This document shows positions 37,759 through 51,404 of a stretch of DNA of 64,000 bases, one piece after another (position 1 is the first letter of the stretch; each line of letters starts with the position of its first letter). The position numbers were made by a program, and so were the translations under genes. Source of the DNA: Moniliella sp. 'wahieum' (lineage: Eukaryota); contig RSEE01000102.1 of assembly GCA_003971905.1 (NCBI GenBank), forward strand, positions 1-64,000, in the 5' to 3' direction. The notes under the pieces were generated by a model. It was given only the letters and a program-made list of their open reading frames with translations, had not been told where the DNA came from and ran no database searches.

Positions 37759-39587
37759 CTAGTCCGTTTCGCCTCCTCGGCCTGCTCGGCGGCCGAGAGG
37801 ATATGGTCCAACAAGCCTTGCCCTTGTCTTTGGTCTGCCAAGTCCAGCTCCATCCCAGCGCGCTCCCAGGGAAAGCTCGCCCGGCGCCAGCAGCCTGCAT
37901 GAGCATGAGTGCCGCCTCGGCGTCCGAGTGAGAACGGTCGTGGTGCGCCGTTCCTGCCGGGGGGATGGGTGGGCCGCGGCCTCTACGCCCGCGACTTGGT
38001 CTTGCCTGCTGGCGTGGCGCTGGGTCCGTGGTGGGTGGGTTCGTGAGCCTTCCCCCTCGTGCTCTTCGTTCTTCGTCTTCTTCTTCTCCTCCTCCGAGCC
38101 AACGGGGGGCAAGGCGGCCTGGAGCGGCAGTCCCATCTGCCGCAACGATTCGTCATGCACGCGGACATGGCGATTGAGCGTGGTGCGACGGGTAAATTGT
38201 TTGCCGCTCCGGGGAAGGCACATGCATGAGGCCGGTTGCCCGAATGGGTCCGACGGTGCCGTGCCAACGAGGAGGAATCACTAAACTTTTGTTGCCCCGG
38301 TTCTTCGCATTGGTGCGGTCGTTCGCCCGTATGCACCCGATGTGCACCGTCAATGCCGATCGTTGAATAAACGTCTTGCCACACGACGCTACCTCACACA
38401 CAAACGGTCGCTCGTTCGAGTGGATTCGCATGTGCCGAGCTAAATCCGACCGACGCGAAAAGTGCTTGTTGCATTCCGGACACGCATGCGCTTTCTCCCC
38501 TGCACCCGTACCTGTGCCCGTACCCGTACCCATACGTGTACCCGTACCTGTACCTGTACCCGTACCCGTACGGACCCGTACCTGCACTCGTGGCTGGGCC
38601 CCATTCCTTGTCCTTGTTCTTTTCCAGCTTGGAGTCCTTGGGTGACAGGGTGACTTGGGCAGAGCACTTGCACGCTCGCTGGTCACCTGGGCGTGTGCAC
38701 ATTCATATGCACCGTCAATTCGCGCTGGCGGGGAAAACGTTTCGCGACATACTGGGCACGGATACTGTGTGGGCTCGCGCTTCGGGTGGGGCGAAGGCGA
38801 CGGCGTTCCACCTCCCGCGGCCGATCGCCTCCGTTTTGGTCCGTGCATCTTCTCGTGGCGCGGCCGTGACGGCAAGCAGAGCGTCGTGCGCTTGCTGGGA
38901 TACCCCGGGGGTTGGGTAGTACCATCCCTGCCACTCGCAGGAAAGGGCGGACTGGGTTTGGATGCAAGCGCATTGACATTGGGATTGGCACTGACATGGA
39001 GATTGGTATTGACATTGGCATGGGCATGAGCTAGTATTAGTTGGCATTGGCGTTTGCGTTGGTAGTGCGTTGCTGGTCGAGGCAGCACCCACAGACGAAG
39101 GTGCCGTACTTCCCTCCATCTCACACTAGTGGGCAGAGAGCTGCGGACGCGAATAGAAAGGGTAGCCTACCATAGAAGGCGAAGTCACGGATTGCCGCGG
39201 GGGGAGGCACCAACTTCTCCTTATTCCGAGATGCAGGTGCCGACGGGGGCTTCGCAGTCGAAGTTGATGCTCCCGTGTCGGGGCCGGGGCTCGCAACGAC
39301 GAGGCGCTAGGAGGGACCATTCTGGATACGCCAGAGCGAGGAGCGGGGGGACGGGTAGACGTCTTCGTGACTGCGAGAGAGACGGGGGTGGTACCTGTGA
39401 TGAGGGGGTGGGTGGCGTCTGTTTGTCCGCTCCGAGCTGGCAGCCAACAACATTGTGATCTCCTCGTTGGCGGCCAACGAAGGCCCGTACCGTTCCCTGG
39501 TGATTGCGGTTCCGACTTGCCTCCAGGTCCAGCGTCATCGGAGCCTCCTTCCTCGGGCGTGCCGCGAATGGGCGGCGGCAAAGTCAC
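37759..39587 (-). CDS. C2H2 zinc-finger transcription factor (about 5 fingers; 5' end uncertain)
   Basis: [103 protein letters not shown]. Confidence 0.88.
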
Positions 39588-41355
39588 CCAACCGAGACGG
39601 AGAATTGGGGATTCGTCCCGGAACTACTGTGATGAGAAAAGTAGGACATCCCTATCGATCCAACAACCGTCAGCGCGTCAGTTTCCTCGGGTTCGGCTAC
39701 AGGACGGTAAGGAAAGAAACAATACGTACCTGCCAACGAAGGGGACCGATCGGCGGTGACCGTTTCCTCCTCCTGCTTTGCCTCTCGCGCCCCCACTGTC
39801 TTTTGCTTCCTGCTTGGGCTCAATAATTTCCGGGGCTTACGCAGGTCGTCCGTATGGACGCTGCGCCCTCCCGCCACTCGTGGTGCCCGTCGGGGTAGAA
39901 TCCGCTTGGTCGGCGGCTCTCGCGCCAAGGCCGAGATGCGCGACGGCCCCGGCCCGATCGCGCGGGCGTACCAAGCCGACGCCTGGCTACGCGGTAATGG
40001 ACTTGTGCTTCGTGCCCTCTCGGCGAGGAGAGGACTGAGGTGCGTTGTGCACCGCCCTTCCGGGCGGCAAGGACGGCGACGACCGGCGACGCATACGTCG
40101 ATCGTAAGTGACTGCCGGGACTCATCTGGTAAATGTGGCGGGGCGATATAGCACGCATACTCGACACACGCGGGTGCGCAACCGTGCCTTCCTCCGTTCT
40201 TCCGACCCGGCTTCGTCGCGCTCGCGCTCGCGCACGAGGAGCGCCGGCGACGCCGCGCGCGACGGGACCCGCGACGCAGGCGCACTGACCACATGGACCC
40301 GCGGCCGCGGTGGGGAGACAGGTCGAGGTCGCGCCGGCGGGGAAGGTAGCTGTGGGGCGGGGAGGGCGAGCTGTCGCTTTCGGGCTCGTGGGACGGGCCG
40401 TGGGGGCCGGGGCGGACGCGGGGGCTGGGGGTGGAGGAGGGCGGGCTGCCTCTCTGCGTCCGCGGCGGGCGGCGCTGGTGGGCCGCACGTGTGGGCTGTG
40501 GCTGTGGCTGCTGCGCGGGGCGCGGGAGATGGTGCGCACGAGGCTGAGGTTGACGGCGGCGCGCTCCCGTCGGTCGGACATGGCGGCGGCGGCGACGGAG
40601 GAGGAGGCGGGGGGGCACGAGGAGGCGAGAGAGGCCCCAGAGGAGCAGTTGGTTGCCACTGATAAATTTCACCCGTGCGCACGGTCCACCCGCGTGCGCC
40701 TTGGGAGGGGGGCAGGGGGGCAGGACACTGGCGCTGTGCCGGTGCCTGCGCCGCCGTGGCATCGCCCATGGCCGGCGCAGGGGGTCCGTGCCCTCGCACC
40801 TCACACACGCCTGCCCACACGCCTCCCCACCCACCACACGCGCCGCCCTGCGTCTCGTGGTCGGCGCTCAGCATGCTCTACGGGGCTATGGCGGGCCAAG
40901 GGAAGAGGGGGGGATGGAAAACAATGATGTATTGACATGGACAGCAGTGCTACTAAATGGGTGCTGGGGTGGATAGTATTAGGGGCCGAGGTTGAAGCAT
41001 GTGCACAACGGAGCAAGAACGAGGGGTGTAGTCGCAATGTGGTGTGCTGAGATGAGAGACCGATGAGATGAGAGGTAAACCCGAGGTATTAAGAGGGGGG
41101 TGAAATACGCAAAAAGCCCTAGTAGGTTGGCGCAAAAAAGGAGAAAAAAAAAAAACAGAAACATGAGCCATGAGCTGGCGAGCGGCCGTGGCCAATATAA
41201 CACAGTGAGGAGAGTGAGGAGAGAGTGAGGAGAGTGAGGAGAATGAGGAGAGTGACGAGAGCGTGCGATGCGGGCAAAGCCCAAAAGTCCGTGCATGGTG
41301 CAAGGGAACCGAAATGTCCAAGGATAGGGAGTGGGGGTGGGGGGGCGAGTGGAGA

Positions 41356-42790
41356 TCAACAGACCGAATGGGTGCGTTGGGACAAGTCTTGAGGGATCCA
41401 GTTTCCCAACCCAGCCTGGTACGACCAGTAGCTGCTCGAATCTTCTGTTTTCCACGTAAACATGATCCATCCCGCGGTGTTTTGTTCGTACACGAGCGAT
41501 TGCGTGTCAAACAGTTGTTGCCGGTACAGTGTGTCGTCGACAGTAGCCCGACGAGCGACATCAGTCCCTGCGCGCCTTCGACCGGGTGGGCCAGCGTCAC
41601 GCACCGACAACTCACTGCGCTTGCTGTTGCTGGAATCTTGGGTTTGGGCCACACTCCATTCCCCGACGATCGTCTCGTGATGCGACTGGCTCTCAGCGAG
41701 GGGCTGCTTCAGCTGACATACCTGCCTCAACGCGGCATCAGAGATTTGCTGTAGGCGGGAGGGTCTGGGGGCACCGTGGTCAGCCTTCAGGATCCGCCTC
41801 TGACAAGCGGGTGACGTTCCAGCACCGCAAAAAAAGGGGAGAGACACGTACTGGCAAGACCACTGTTGTAATCATACATGTTGGCATAGATGTGAGTGTC
41901 GACGGAGCCCTTGCCGTTGTTAAAGTCGTACCAGGTAGAAAATTGAGGAAGCCATCATGGTACGTGCCAGTAACCCCGACGGCACCTGGTCCAGGACGGA
42001 TGTGTATAGTTTTGGGTAAACGTCACATCGTTGTCCACGTTATCGTTGAGCAGCGGCTCATTCAACGCCTCAATGTGCGTCACTGTACTCTGTTGCGAAC
42101 TAAACGCCGACGCAATCTCACGCAACACGTTCTCGGCACGATCCGCGTTCGACGACGAATCTTGCCAATACGTTCCCCCTTCGCCCGAAGATGCGCGGCC
42201 GTTCTGCGAACCTGGCACAACCATGCAGACAGATGATTACTTGGATCCCATGGTTCGAGGCCCATCCAACCGCACGCGACAAGTAGTCCGACTGGTTCGC
42301 ATGCACGTACGGTTCTCCCGCCGACGTGTCATAGGCCCAGTACCCAATCGGAATTCTGTGCAGAGGTTAGCCAAACCGCTCCAAGACACCCAAGGAGGAG
42401 TTGGAAAGGGGAGGGGAGGGGAGGGGAAGGAATGAACCTACCGAACATAATTCAACAACCCTGCCGAAGCCATCTGAGCGAAATCATTTTCGGAGATGAA
42501 GGTTTCCCAATGGTTCGTTAAGATCTGGGTCGCGTTGGGCGCATAGCCAAACGTCCACTCGTCAACGATGGAACTGTTGCCGGTCGATTGGTAGACCGAA
42601 GGCACATCCATTGCTCGGTCACTAGCCACCCGCTTTTCCCCCATCCCCAAGCACATACAGTTCCAGTCAGTTGGGACGCGTCTCGGTACAAGGCAAGAAG
42701 GGGACGTACCCAAGATTGACCCCCGGATGGGTGTGGCGCGTGCCAGGTGAGCCACAGCAAGGAACGCCAGAGAGAAGGTGCAATGCTGCG
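41356..42790 (-). CDS. Secreted GH5 exo-beta-1,3-glucanase (EXG1-like), multi-exon
   Basis: Signal-like FSLAFLAVAHLARA, IRGVNLG|GWLVTEQW, IVDEWTF, HWETFISENDF, VR|IPIGYWA, PGSQNG, IEALNEP (acid/base), IVGEWS (nucleophile), GWIMFTWKTE. Confidence 0.92.
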
Positions 42791-45700
42791 ATGAGAACAA
42801 AGAATGTAGAAACGGAAGAGATGAACGAGAAAATAAAAAAGAGGTGTGCAGGAAGATCTCCACCGATGAGGGAGATGCGCGTGCAGAGGAGCGATGTACG
42901 GGAAGATAAAAGGGCGCTGGTATCGACTAGAAGAGGAGAAGGTGATGGTGAAGGAGTTGGAGTTGGAGAGACGGAAGGTTGGGTGGTGATGAACACCGGG
43001 AGTCGGAGGGGTCCACGTGCTAGTTGGCAACAGCTTTATATGTCCTCCGCCACCGATGAGCGGGGTAAGTACCAATGTGCACAACTGGTGTGGGGGACCC
43101 TTGTTGCGGACGTTGATGTCTTGCTCGAGTCTCGTACCGCGTACCACGTACCACGTACAACGCAACACCGACGATATTCTGCGCAACGTGCTGCTGGCCG
43201 CCTGATCGTATATTCATCGCCACTCTATCGATACGCTCGACCCTTTCACCAAGGGCGGGTGTACGTAGAACATGACACAGCTTGTGCAAGATACCATAAG
43301 CTTCTGGACGAAGAAGTACAGAAGAGGCACAGACATGTAGGGCGTGTGTGCATTTCATCCCTGCGTCATCGAGTCATCGACATGGGCTGCATCAATGCAT
43401 CAACCTCATCCATTCTCGACTTCATACTCAGTTACTCAGTGCTTGGTGCCATCGGTGCATCGAGTACTCAATATCCTCTGTACTCAGTCTGAGTACCCAA
43501 TGGCTGGTACTCAGCGTAGCTCAGCTCAGCGCCATCGATCAATGTTTGCCGTTAAGCTTTCGGGCTTGCACGTTAGATGGTACGTACAGAAATAGTGAAT
43601 TTGAGGCGTCCACCCAGGTCTCCCAGGGCCACTCGCATGCACTCACACGCCACCCCGCGATCACTGATTAATGATTAAATGATCCATGCGCAGATCGTCT
43701 TCGAGCTGTCGAAGCTACATCGATTCCATCTCTTCGTGCACGTGAAGCTTGAAGCTTGAAGCTTGATGGCTGTGCCGACTTAAAGCTTCACCGGCTTCAT
43801 CGGCATCTGCTTCTCTGGATCGGAGAAGCCCACAACTGATTGATGCGATCTCCGGCCCGATTCGCCGACACCAGTGCCGTACCATCACCGTGGGACCACC
43901 CACCGAATGAGAAACGTTCCTTTTTCCACCGCCACCAGTACCCAACGGCCAGCAATAATCCGATACGTAAAAAGTACGATAATTGATGACGGGCGCTGGC
44001 GTTCGCCGCTCGAGGTTGGCGCGTTCCCACGCGTCGGCTGGGCGCCCCTGTTGGACCCTGGCTAGGCCAATCGATCTAACCGATCTAACCAACGAGGAAT
44101 GTGAAACCATCTCTGGCATCATTCTTGGCGACAGCGCCAGAAACACTGGCCCTTTGCCTGAAGCTTATAGCAAAGGTGGCGTCGGGTTGCTCGTTCGCTC
44201 GTATCAGTCGTTCGCACTTCGCCAAAACACAGCCTTTCACATATTTCGCCGCCCCGCGTCCGAAACGCGTACCATTAACGTTTAACACTTGTAACATGTA
44301 ACTGCAATAACAAGTTCGTAACGCGTATGCGAACGCGTGGCCAACCACATTCCCCCATTGCGGCTTATCCCCAGAGCTGCATGTTGGGCCCAACACCATC
44401 TGCATCATGCATCGAATCTCTCACAGATCTCTCACATCTCATCTCAATTGATCTATCTTTCTTTCATTTGTTGCCCGTGTGGTACTGGCTAATACTGCTA
44501 TGTTAGATCCATATTTACTTGCTGGGGTATGGTAGGGGGCTCCAATCTCCAATCTCCCATTCGAAATTTGAGCCTGAAGTTCAGATTGTCGGCCGAAGAT
44601 ACAATTGCATGTGATGCATGATGAAGGATCTAACAAAAGGCGCTCATCGAGAATCTCTCCTCAACGCAAAGTCCGCGGTTGACGTCGAGCGATCTCCGTG
44701 GGACGTAGTACTTACCCGCTGGTTCTTTGCTCTCGCATTCCTAGCTCCGAAAAAACTTAACACAGAGGCAAAGCCTCTCTATGAACAAAACTTTGTAATA
44801 ACGCTACTGAAGCGAGCGTATGGAAAAGAATCGATATGAGAAACGCACACCAACACAGGCTTGCGAACCCCGAAAGCGTACCAATGGCACGCAGTAGAAA
44901 CTAGGCGTATGCTATTACGCTAAGCGCTAAACGCTAAGTGCTAATAGCACACGCTCGCCCACGTGCTGATGGTACGTTCATTCTGGACGGTTCAGGGCGA
45001 AAAAAAACGCGCTATGCGAACGCGCGACGAAAGACAGTTACTGCGGTTCAACACGTTCAACGTTCATGACATGTCACTTGTCAACTTGTCAACATGTCAA
45101 ACCGCTGGTGTGTGGTCCAATCCACACAACCTGAGGTGCGAAAAGTTATATGATGTTGTCAGGACGTATACGCAGTACTACTTCAGTTGAGCGGTACATG
45201 AAGAGAGAAACTGCACGGCGTCTTTAAGATTTGAGCTTCAAGCTCGAAATTGAGGGACTGAGACTCGATTCGACTGCTTGAACTTGAAGCTGAAGCCTGG
45301 CGAGATGACTAGGTTTGGGGAAGTTTTTTGCCGGTATAGTAATCGATGACGTCGATGACACATGACGTTGAACTGGGCGCTCAGCCTGAGCTAAGTGCGC
45401 TCAGTTGAAGTTAATCGATACTCGATAATCGCAAAGCGTGACAACCGGTGACCTGAACACCCCTGGGGAAAAGATTGATAAGATGTCTTCTGGTGGCCGC
45501 AATATATGTACGTGCCAACCAGCACTGCTTGGGAGGGGGCAATTTCACAGTCTCTAAGCTTCAAGCTTCATGGGCGCCTGGGTCTTGCAGCTTGACCTGC
45601 GTACCTTGTACCTAAAAAGGACTACGCTGCCACCGCCACAACGGGCGTACGAGACGGCAAGGATATATATCCAGCTTGTGGTATGCGCTCCGGCTGCTAC

Positions 45701-46700
45701 ATTTCATTGCACGTCGGCCCAAAGTCCGCACAAGTACGTTGTCTAACAGAGAAAGACACCTACATACTCATCTGGCAGAGATACTCGCGCTCAGTGCTTC
45801 CTGAGGGCCTGAGATGCAGAAACGACACTGAGTACGACGGATGATGGATGTGGCATGGATGACATGATGGCAGGAAGATGTCGATGATGTCATGCCGGCC
45901 GCGGCTGTGGCAAGGTGTAATGAAGAAGCTGTGGCCAAAAGCTATGGCAGCCACCCGGCCGGGCACCAGTCACCAGTCACCAGTCACCGACCACCGGTCG
46001 TTAGCAACTAGTAACACCGAAAGCTTGAAGCTTGAAGCTAGGAGCTTGGACTCGGTACGTGGAGTACGTCGAACGTACTGAGCGCCGTGCTGCACGTATA
46101 CGACTCGAACATTGAGCGTGTTGAACGTGTTGAACAGGATGAACGTTGAGTTCAAGTTGAACTCAACGATCGTGTTGATCACGGTAGTGTGACTATAGTG
46201 TTCCACGCGATTATCGAGATTTTCCCGCCGCGGGCACATTAGTTTTGGTCGTCCAACCGGCCACCGGCTGACCTTCTCTTTTCCCAGTGCTCAAGCTTCC
46301 AGGATTCAAGTGCTCAAGGGCTCAGGTGCTCAGCGCGCTCAGGCCGCTCTCAAATTCAGATATCAGAGGACATCATTACCACTTGGTGTGCCAGTCCAAG
46401 TGTACCATGCCCAGCGCCGACGATAAATCGATAGGTGAGACTGCGAGTGTGACAATACTAGCCAGCGTTCCTTGCCACACCTGAATAGTGAATAGTGAAT
46501 AGTGAATCGCCACGCCCCCGAAACAGGCGTACGTTGCGTCTCGTTGCTCGTATGGGGCCGTGGTACGCGGGCCTTGTCCCCTTCCCCCGTCTTCTCTACG
46601 CTCTACGTCTACACGCTACACTATCTACACTTTCCATGCCAACCAATGCACAACCACGCTCAGATCCCCCAATCCTCGCACACACTATATATTTTGCGGT

Positions 46701-48574
46701 TCACGATCCACTTGTCCTTCCCGTTGCGCGTGCCAGCCCATCAATCCCATCAATCCCATCGATGCCATCGATCCCATCGCTCTCCCCTAGCCCGAGACCC
46801 GCGAGACGTCGTGCAACGTCGGCAGCCGCTTGCGCACGTGCTGCTTCAGGCAACAGTTGTACCCTGCTACGTTCGGCCTCGAGCAAGTGCAGCAAATTGG
46901 TATGGGCCGCGACCCTCTGTTCGGCCTGCTGATCGTCCAGCGCGAAGGAAGATAGGTGATCAAACGCACGATCAAAGTGGTCCCGGTCTTGCTCTTGTCC
47001 AATTTTGTCCTGGTCCTTGTCCTGGTCTTGGTCTTGGTCTTGGTCTTGGTCTTGGTCTTGGTCTTGGTCTTGGTCTTGGTCTTGGTCTTGGTCTTGGTCC
47101 TGATCGGCCGATGCAGCCGGAACGAATCCGCCAAACCCATCCGCATCATCCTGCTCCCCTTGTGCATCCACGTCCAATTCCTCGTCGGTGTTGGTGTTAG
47201 CGGCCCGGGCGGCGGAAGGGTCAGACGGGGCAAAGTGATCTTCGAACCCAAGTGGCTCGTCGGCGTAGGCATGGGAACCCACCGCGAACGTCTCGCCCGC
47301 TTCGAGCTCAAGGAACCGATGCAGTGCTGCGGTGGCGCGGGCTCGGCGTTGGTCCAGGCTGATGGCATCCTGGGCCTTTTGCGCGTCTAACCACGAGGGC
47401 TCGGAAGGCGCATCAGCGGACGCCGACGCCGACGCCGACGCTGACGCCAAAGCAGATGCAGAGGCAGATGAGACCGCGTCCTGGGTATGGGGAGTAGTAT
47501 TGGTGTCCCACAAGGGGGCAAGTTTCGCTTCCGCTTGGTGGATCCGAGCAAGGAAGGCCTTAGCCAACGCTTCGTCTTCTGCGGTAGGCTGGGCATGTTC
47601 CGCGCCCGTCGGCGCACCGTCCAACAACAAGTCCCCATCCCATTCGCCCCACAGCGGGCTGGGACCGAGACCCACGTCGTGGCGAAGCAGGCGCTCGGAG
47701 GGCGGGGGGCTGGGCACCGAGGTCCCGTCCCGCCGCGGTCCTGACTCGACTAGAACCATGCCAGGCCCATGTGAGCCATGAGAGCTTCGCGCGCCCGCTC
47801 CAACGGCGCCTGGTCCTCTTCCTCTTCGTCCTCGTCGTCCTCCTCATCGGGATCCTGTTCATGCTTGTGGTACGGATCGTCGGTGTCTGGACCCCCTCTG
47901 TCCCTTCCGGCGCGTCGGTCCAGGATAAAGCTTGGTCCGGAGGCAGGTACCCCTCGGTCCGCCAAGGCACGTGCATCGGCCAAGACGAGGTACTCCCAAT
48001 TGCGTTCCAAGAACGCATCTTGTACCTTCTCGGCAGCCTCACGAGCACGGGCGGCGGCGGGGGTTGGGGCTGGGCTGCTGGAGGGCGCGTAGGAGGGCGC
48101 GCAGACGAGGGCGGGACAGGCGCAATGGCCAATGCGACAGCCAGATCCTGGGCATCGAGAAAGAGCGACAGGTCGTCCAGCACGCGGACCTGGTCGGCTG
48201 CGTCCGGGACGCCGGCCAAGCTCACGAGCACGACGGACGCGCCCTGCTGGAGGGAGGCGGTGATGCTGGCCTGGGCGGCGGCGTGGTGGTGGCGCTGCTG
48301 GTGGTGGGGTCGCGGGGCGGGAGGAGGGGGAGCGGGATGAGGTCGAAGTGGACCTGGGCGGTGTAGTACTTGTTGCGGATGGTCCAGGGGATGCGGTGTG
48401 GGTCTGCGGGTGTGGGGGGCGTGTCGGGTGGATGAGGGTGTGGACGAGCGCGGCGGCCTGGGGCGGCGGTTGGCGGGCGGCGGTGGAGGGCGCGTGCGGC
48501 GCAAGAAGGAGGATGCGCTGGGCGGCGTCTTCGGGGGGGGCGGCCATTGGGTAGTACTGGAGAGCAAGCACCAT
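46701..48574 (-). CDS. IRC6: IRC6 / alpha- and gamma-adaptin-binding protein p34 (AAGAB) homolog
   Basis: IPWTIRNKYYTAQVHF, WEYLVL, LERAREALMAH, C-terminal RSRVQLLPEAARAQAAADVA; frameshifts present. Confidence 0.75.
47007..47102. repeat. (CTTGGT)n hexamer encoding a poly-(DQ) tract in IRC6
   Basis: About 15 tandem units, in frame as DQDQDQ on the minus strand. Confidence 0.9.
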
Positions 48575-48857
48575 GCAAGGCACGCCCCAGCAGACGCACC
48601 CCCCGCTTAGCTAACCACGCACGCCACGTGCTGGTGACGTCATGTGCCTCAACTGCGGGGCAAACCCCGCCTTGAACGTTCAACCGAACCCAGCCGGCCA
48701 CAGCGGCGCCCTGCCCGCGCAGGTCGCGGGGCACCGCGCCTGTGCGCCCCCGCCCGCCCGCGCTGGGCTTAGCTCAGCCGCCGCCCAATCAAAGTACAAC
48801 CCCCCCCCCCCCACCACCCCATGCCGCTGCCCCCGCCGACGCTCGTCCGACATCGAC

Positions 48858-50634
48858 ATGACCTCCTCCGACAACGACTCTGTCCCCGACTTGGAGGCCC
48901 TCGACGACGACCCCGCCCAGTTCTTCTATGCCGACGACGACGACGACGACCTCGCCGTGTTTGATGCCTCGGACGCCGACCAAGTCAACCTCGATGGCGC
49001 CCAGTCGGCGATCGACGAGGCCGACCTCGACTCCGTCTCCCACCCCCGCAAGAAGCCGTGGGAGGTCGAGTACGCCTCGCGCAACGAGCAGGACATCACC
49101 AACCTCCAGACCAAGGAGGTGGACCAGATCGCTGCCATGTTCAATGTCAAGGTACGCCCCCCCCCTCCCCCCCCTCCCCCCCTGTCTGGTTTGGTTTATG
49201 TGTCTGACCCCATCTCTACAACAGGACACAGACGCGGCCATTCTGTTGCGCCACATGAACTGGAACAAGGAGCGCCTGATCGAGCGCTACATGGATGCCC
49301 CCGATGAGGTCAAGTACGAGGCCGGCGTCATTGACGATCCCTCCCGTCCTCGTGTGGCGCTGATGACGCCCCACGACACGTTTACATGCGAATGTGCTTC
49401 CAATCGACGGACGACCTGCTTCCTCTCACTTTGAAGCAGGAACGAAAGCTGCAGGAGTACGAGCGTGCCGTGGCGCGTGCCCGCAACGCTGCATCTGCAT
49501 TGGTCCACCCGATCACCCTTGATCCCTCGGTTCCTCGCATGTCCACCCTGGCTCTCGCGTGCGGGCATCGGTACTGTACCTCGTGCTACACCGAGTACCT
49601 CAACAACAAGATCAAGAACGAGGGTGAGTCGCGGCGCGTGCAGTGCATGGACGAGTCGTGCAAGCTCATTATTGATGAGAATACAATTGGTCAACTGGTG
49701 GATCCGTCGGTCCTAGAGCGGTACCGTACCCTGCTCAACCGTGCATTTGTTTCCGATTCCGGGATCATGGCGTGGTGTCCTGCGCCCGGGTGCGAGTTGG
49801 CGGTTGAATGCCACGTTTCGCACAAGAAACTCACTACGACGGTACCTACCGTCCGCTGTGGCGAGGGGCACGAATTTTGCTTTGGATGCAGTCAAGAAGG
49901 TCATGCGCCCTGTATTTGCCGCATCGTCCATCTCTGGCTCAAAAAGTGCGAGGACGACAGCGAAACATCCAATTGGATCAAGGCGAATACCCAGGACTGC
50001 CCGAATCCCAACTGCAATTCGTTGATTGAGAAGAATGGCGGGTGCAACCACATGACGTGTCGGAAATGCCGGTACGAATTTTGTTGGATTTGCGAGGGCC
50101 CGTGGTCCGAGCACGGCAATTCCTACTACAATTGCAACCGGTTTGACGTCAAGAAGGCCCAGGAAAAGGAAAGTCGGAAATCGTCGGGTGAGCTTGGAGC
50201 GGTACTTGCACTACTTTAACCGGTACCAGAACCACGAGCAATCCGCGCGTCTTGATGAGAAGCTCATGGTCCAGACGCGAAGATATGGATGCAATGCAAG
50301 AAGCTGGTGTCTTGTCTTGGTCCGAAGTACAGTTCTTGGCCAAAGCAGCGACAGTGGTCAATGAGGTCGGATGACGCTCAAGTGGACGTATGCCATGGCA
50401 TTTTACCTCCAGCGTAACAACATGACGGAAATTTTCGAAGACAACCAGCGCGATCTCGAACGCGCAGTGGAAGAGTTGTCGGAACAACTTCAGTCGCGGA
50501 TCGACCAGGACACCATTACCCAACTCCGACAAAAGGTCACGGACCTCATGGTCTATGTGCAACGTCGACGCGAAATCATGCTTGGCGATACACTCCAGGG
50601 CTACCCGGAAGGTCGATGGGAGTTCACCGTATAA
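48858..50634 (+). CDS. Ariadne-family RBR E3 ubiquitin ligase (ARIH1/Hel1-like); intron ~49152-49223
   Basis: Acidic N-terminus, AAILLRHMNWNKERLIERYMD, RING1 LACGHRYCTSC..CMDESC, IBR WCPAPGC..C..GHEFCFGC..HAPC, RING2 CPNPNCNSLIEKNGGCNHMTCRKCRYEFCWIC, Ariadne domain LERYLHY..TLKWTYAMAFYL..FEDNQRDLE. Confidence 0.95.
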
Positions 50635-51404
50635 CTCGATGGGTTCTTCTTTTGCCTCTTGCGTCTTGCCTCTTGCCTTGCCTGCTTGCCCCCTCCTTCC
50701 CCTCTTGCCTTGGTAGTATAGGTATTATTTCCTTATATCCCGCCGCACCCGCCCTTTGCCCATGCATGTTGTGCTTTTTCTCGCTCCCCTTTGACCCTCG
50801 GCGTCCGACACCAAATGGCCGGGGGAACCCGCCGGAACACACCCACCCGATCCTAGTACAGGGAAGTCTACAGGACCTTTCCTTCCCTCCCTTCCTCCCT
50901 CCCTCCTTCCCTCCCTTGCTCGCTTGCTCTCCTCGACCTGTAGGTCGCCTACTGTTCTGCTTGTTGTCGCGCCTTCATCCTGTACACGTACCACGTACCC
51001 CGTACCACGCATCCACCCTTCTTGCTTGTCGCTCGCCTATGGGATCTGGGATCTGGCGGGCGTCAGGGTGGACTCGCCTCTACTTTCTTCTCTCCTCCTC
51101 TCCCCCTCCCCTGCCTCCTGTGCGTTCGTTTCTTTCCTTTGCCTTTGCCTTTGCCTTTGCTTTTTTCGTCTTCCTTTCCCTTTCCCTTTTCGTCCCGTTT
51201 CCCTCATGGGTCTCGCTCCTCCCTCCCTCCGTCCCCCGTCCCATCCCTCCCCGTCCTCCCGAAGCCAGCTCCTCCACGTCGCGGAACCTGGATACCCGCA
51301 TCGAATCTTGCCTTGCCCCGTCTAGGCCATATTTGATACTTGATACTTGATGCTTGATACCGGGGGTGCTTGATGTTTGATGCTTGGGGGCTTGATGCTT
51401 GGTG

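Noticed and set aside
39584..40976. Several long overlapping ORFs
   Set aside because: Very GC-rich, low-complexity R/P/A translations with no recognisable domain; a real hypothetical gene cannot be excluded, but the frame cannot be chosen
43715..45190. Short ORFs in the GH5-IRC6 intergenic region
   Set aside because: No recognisable motifs or consistent gene structure
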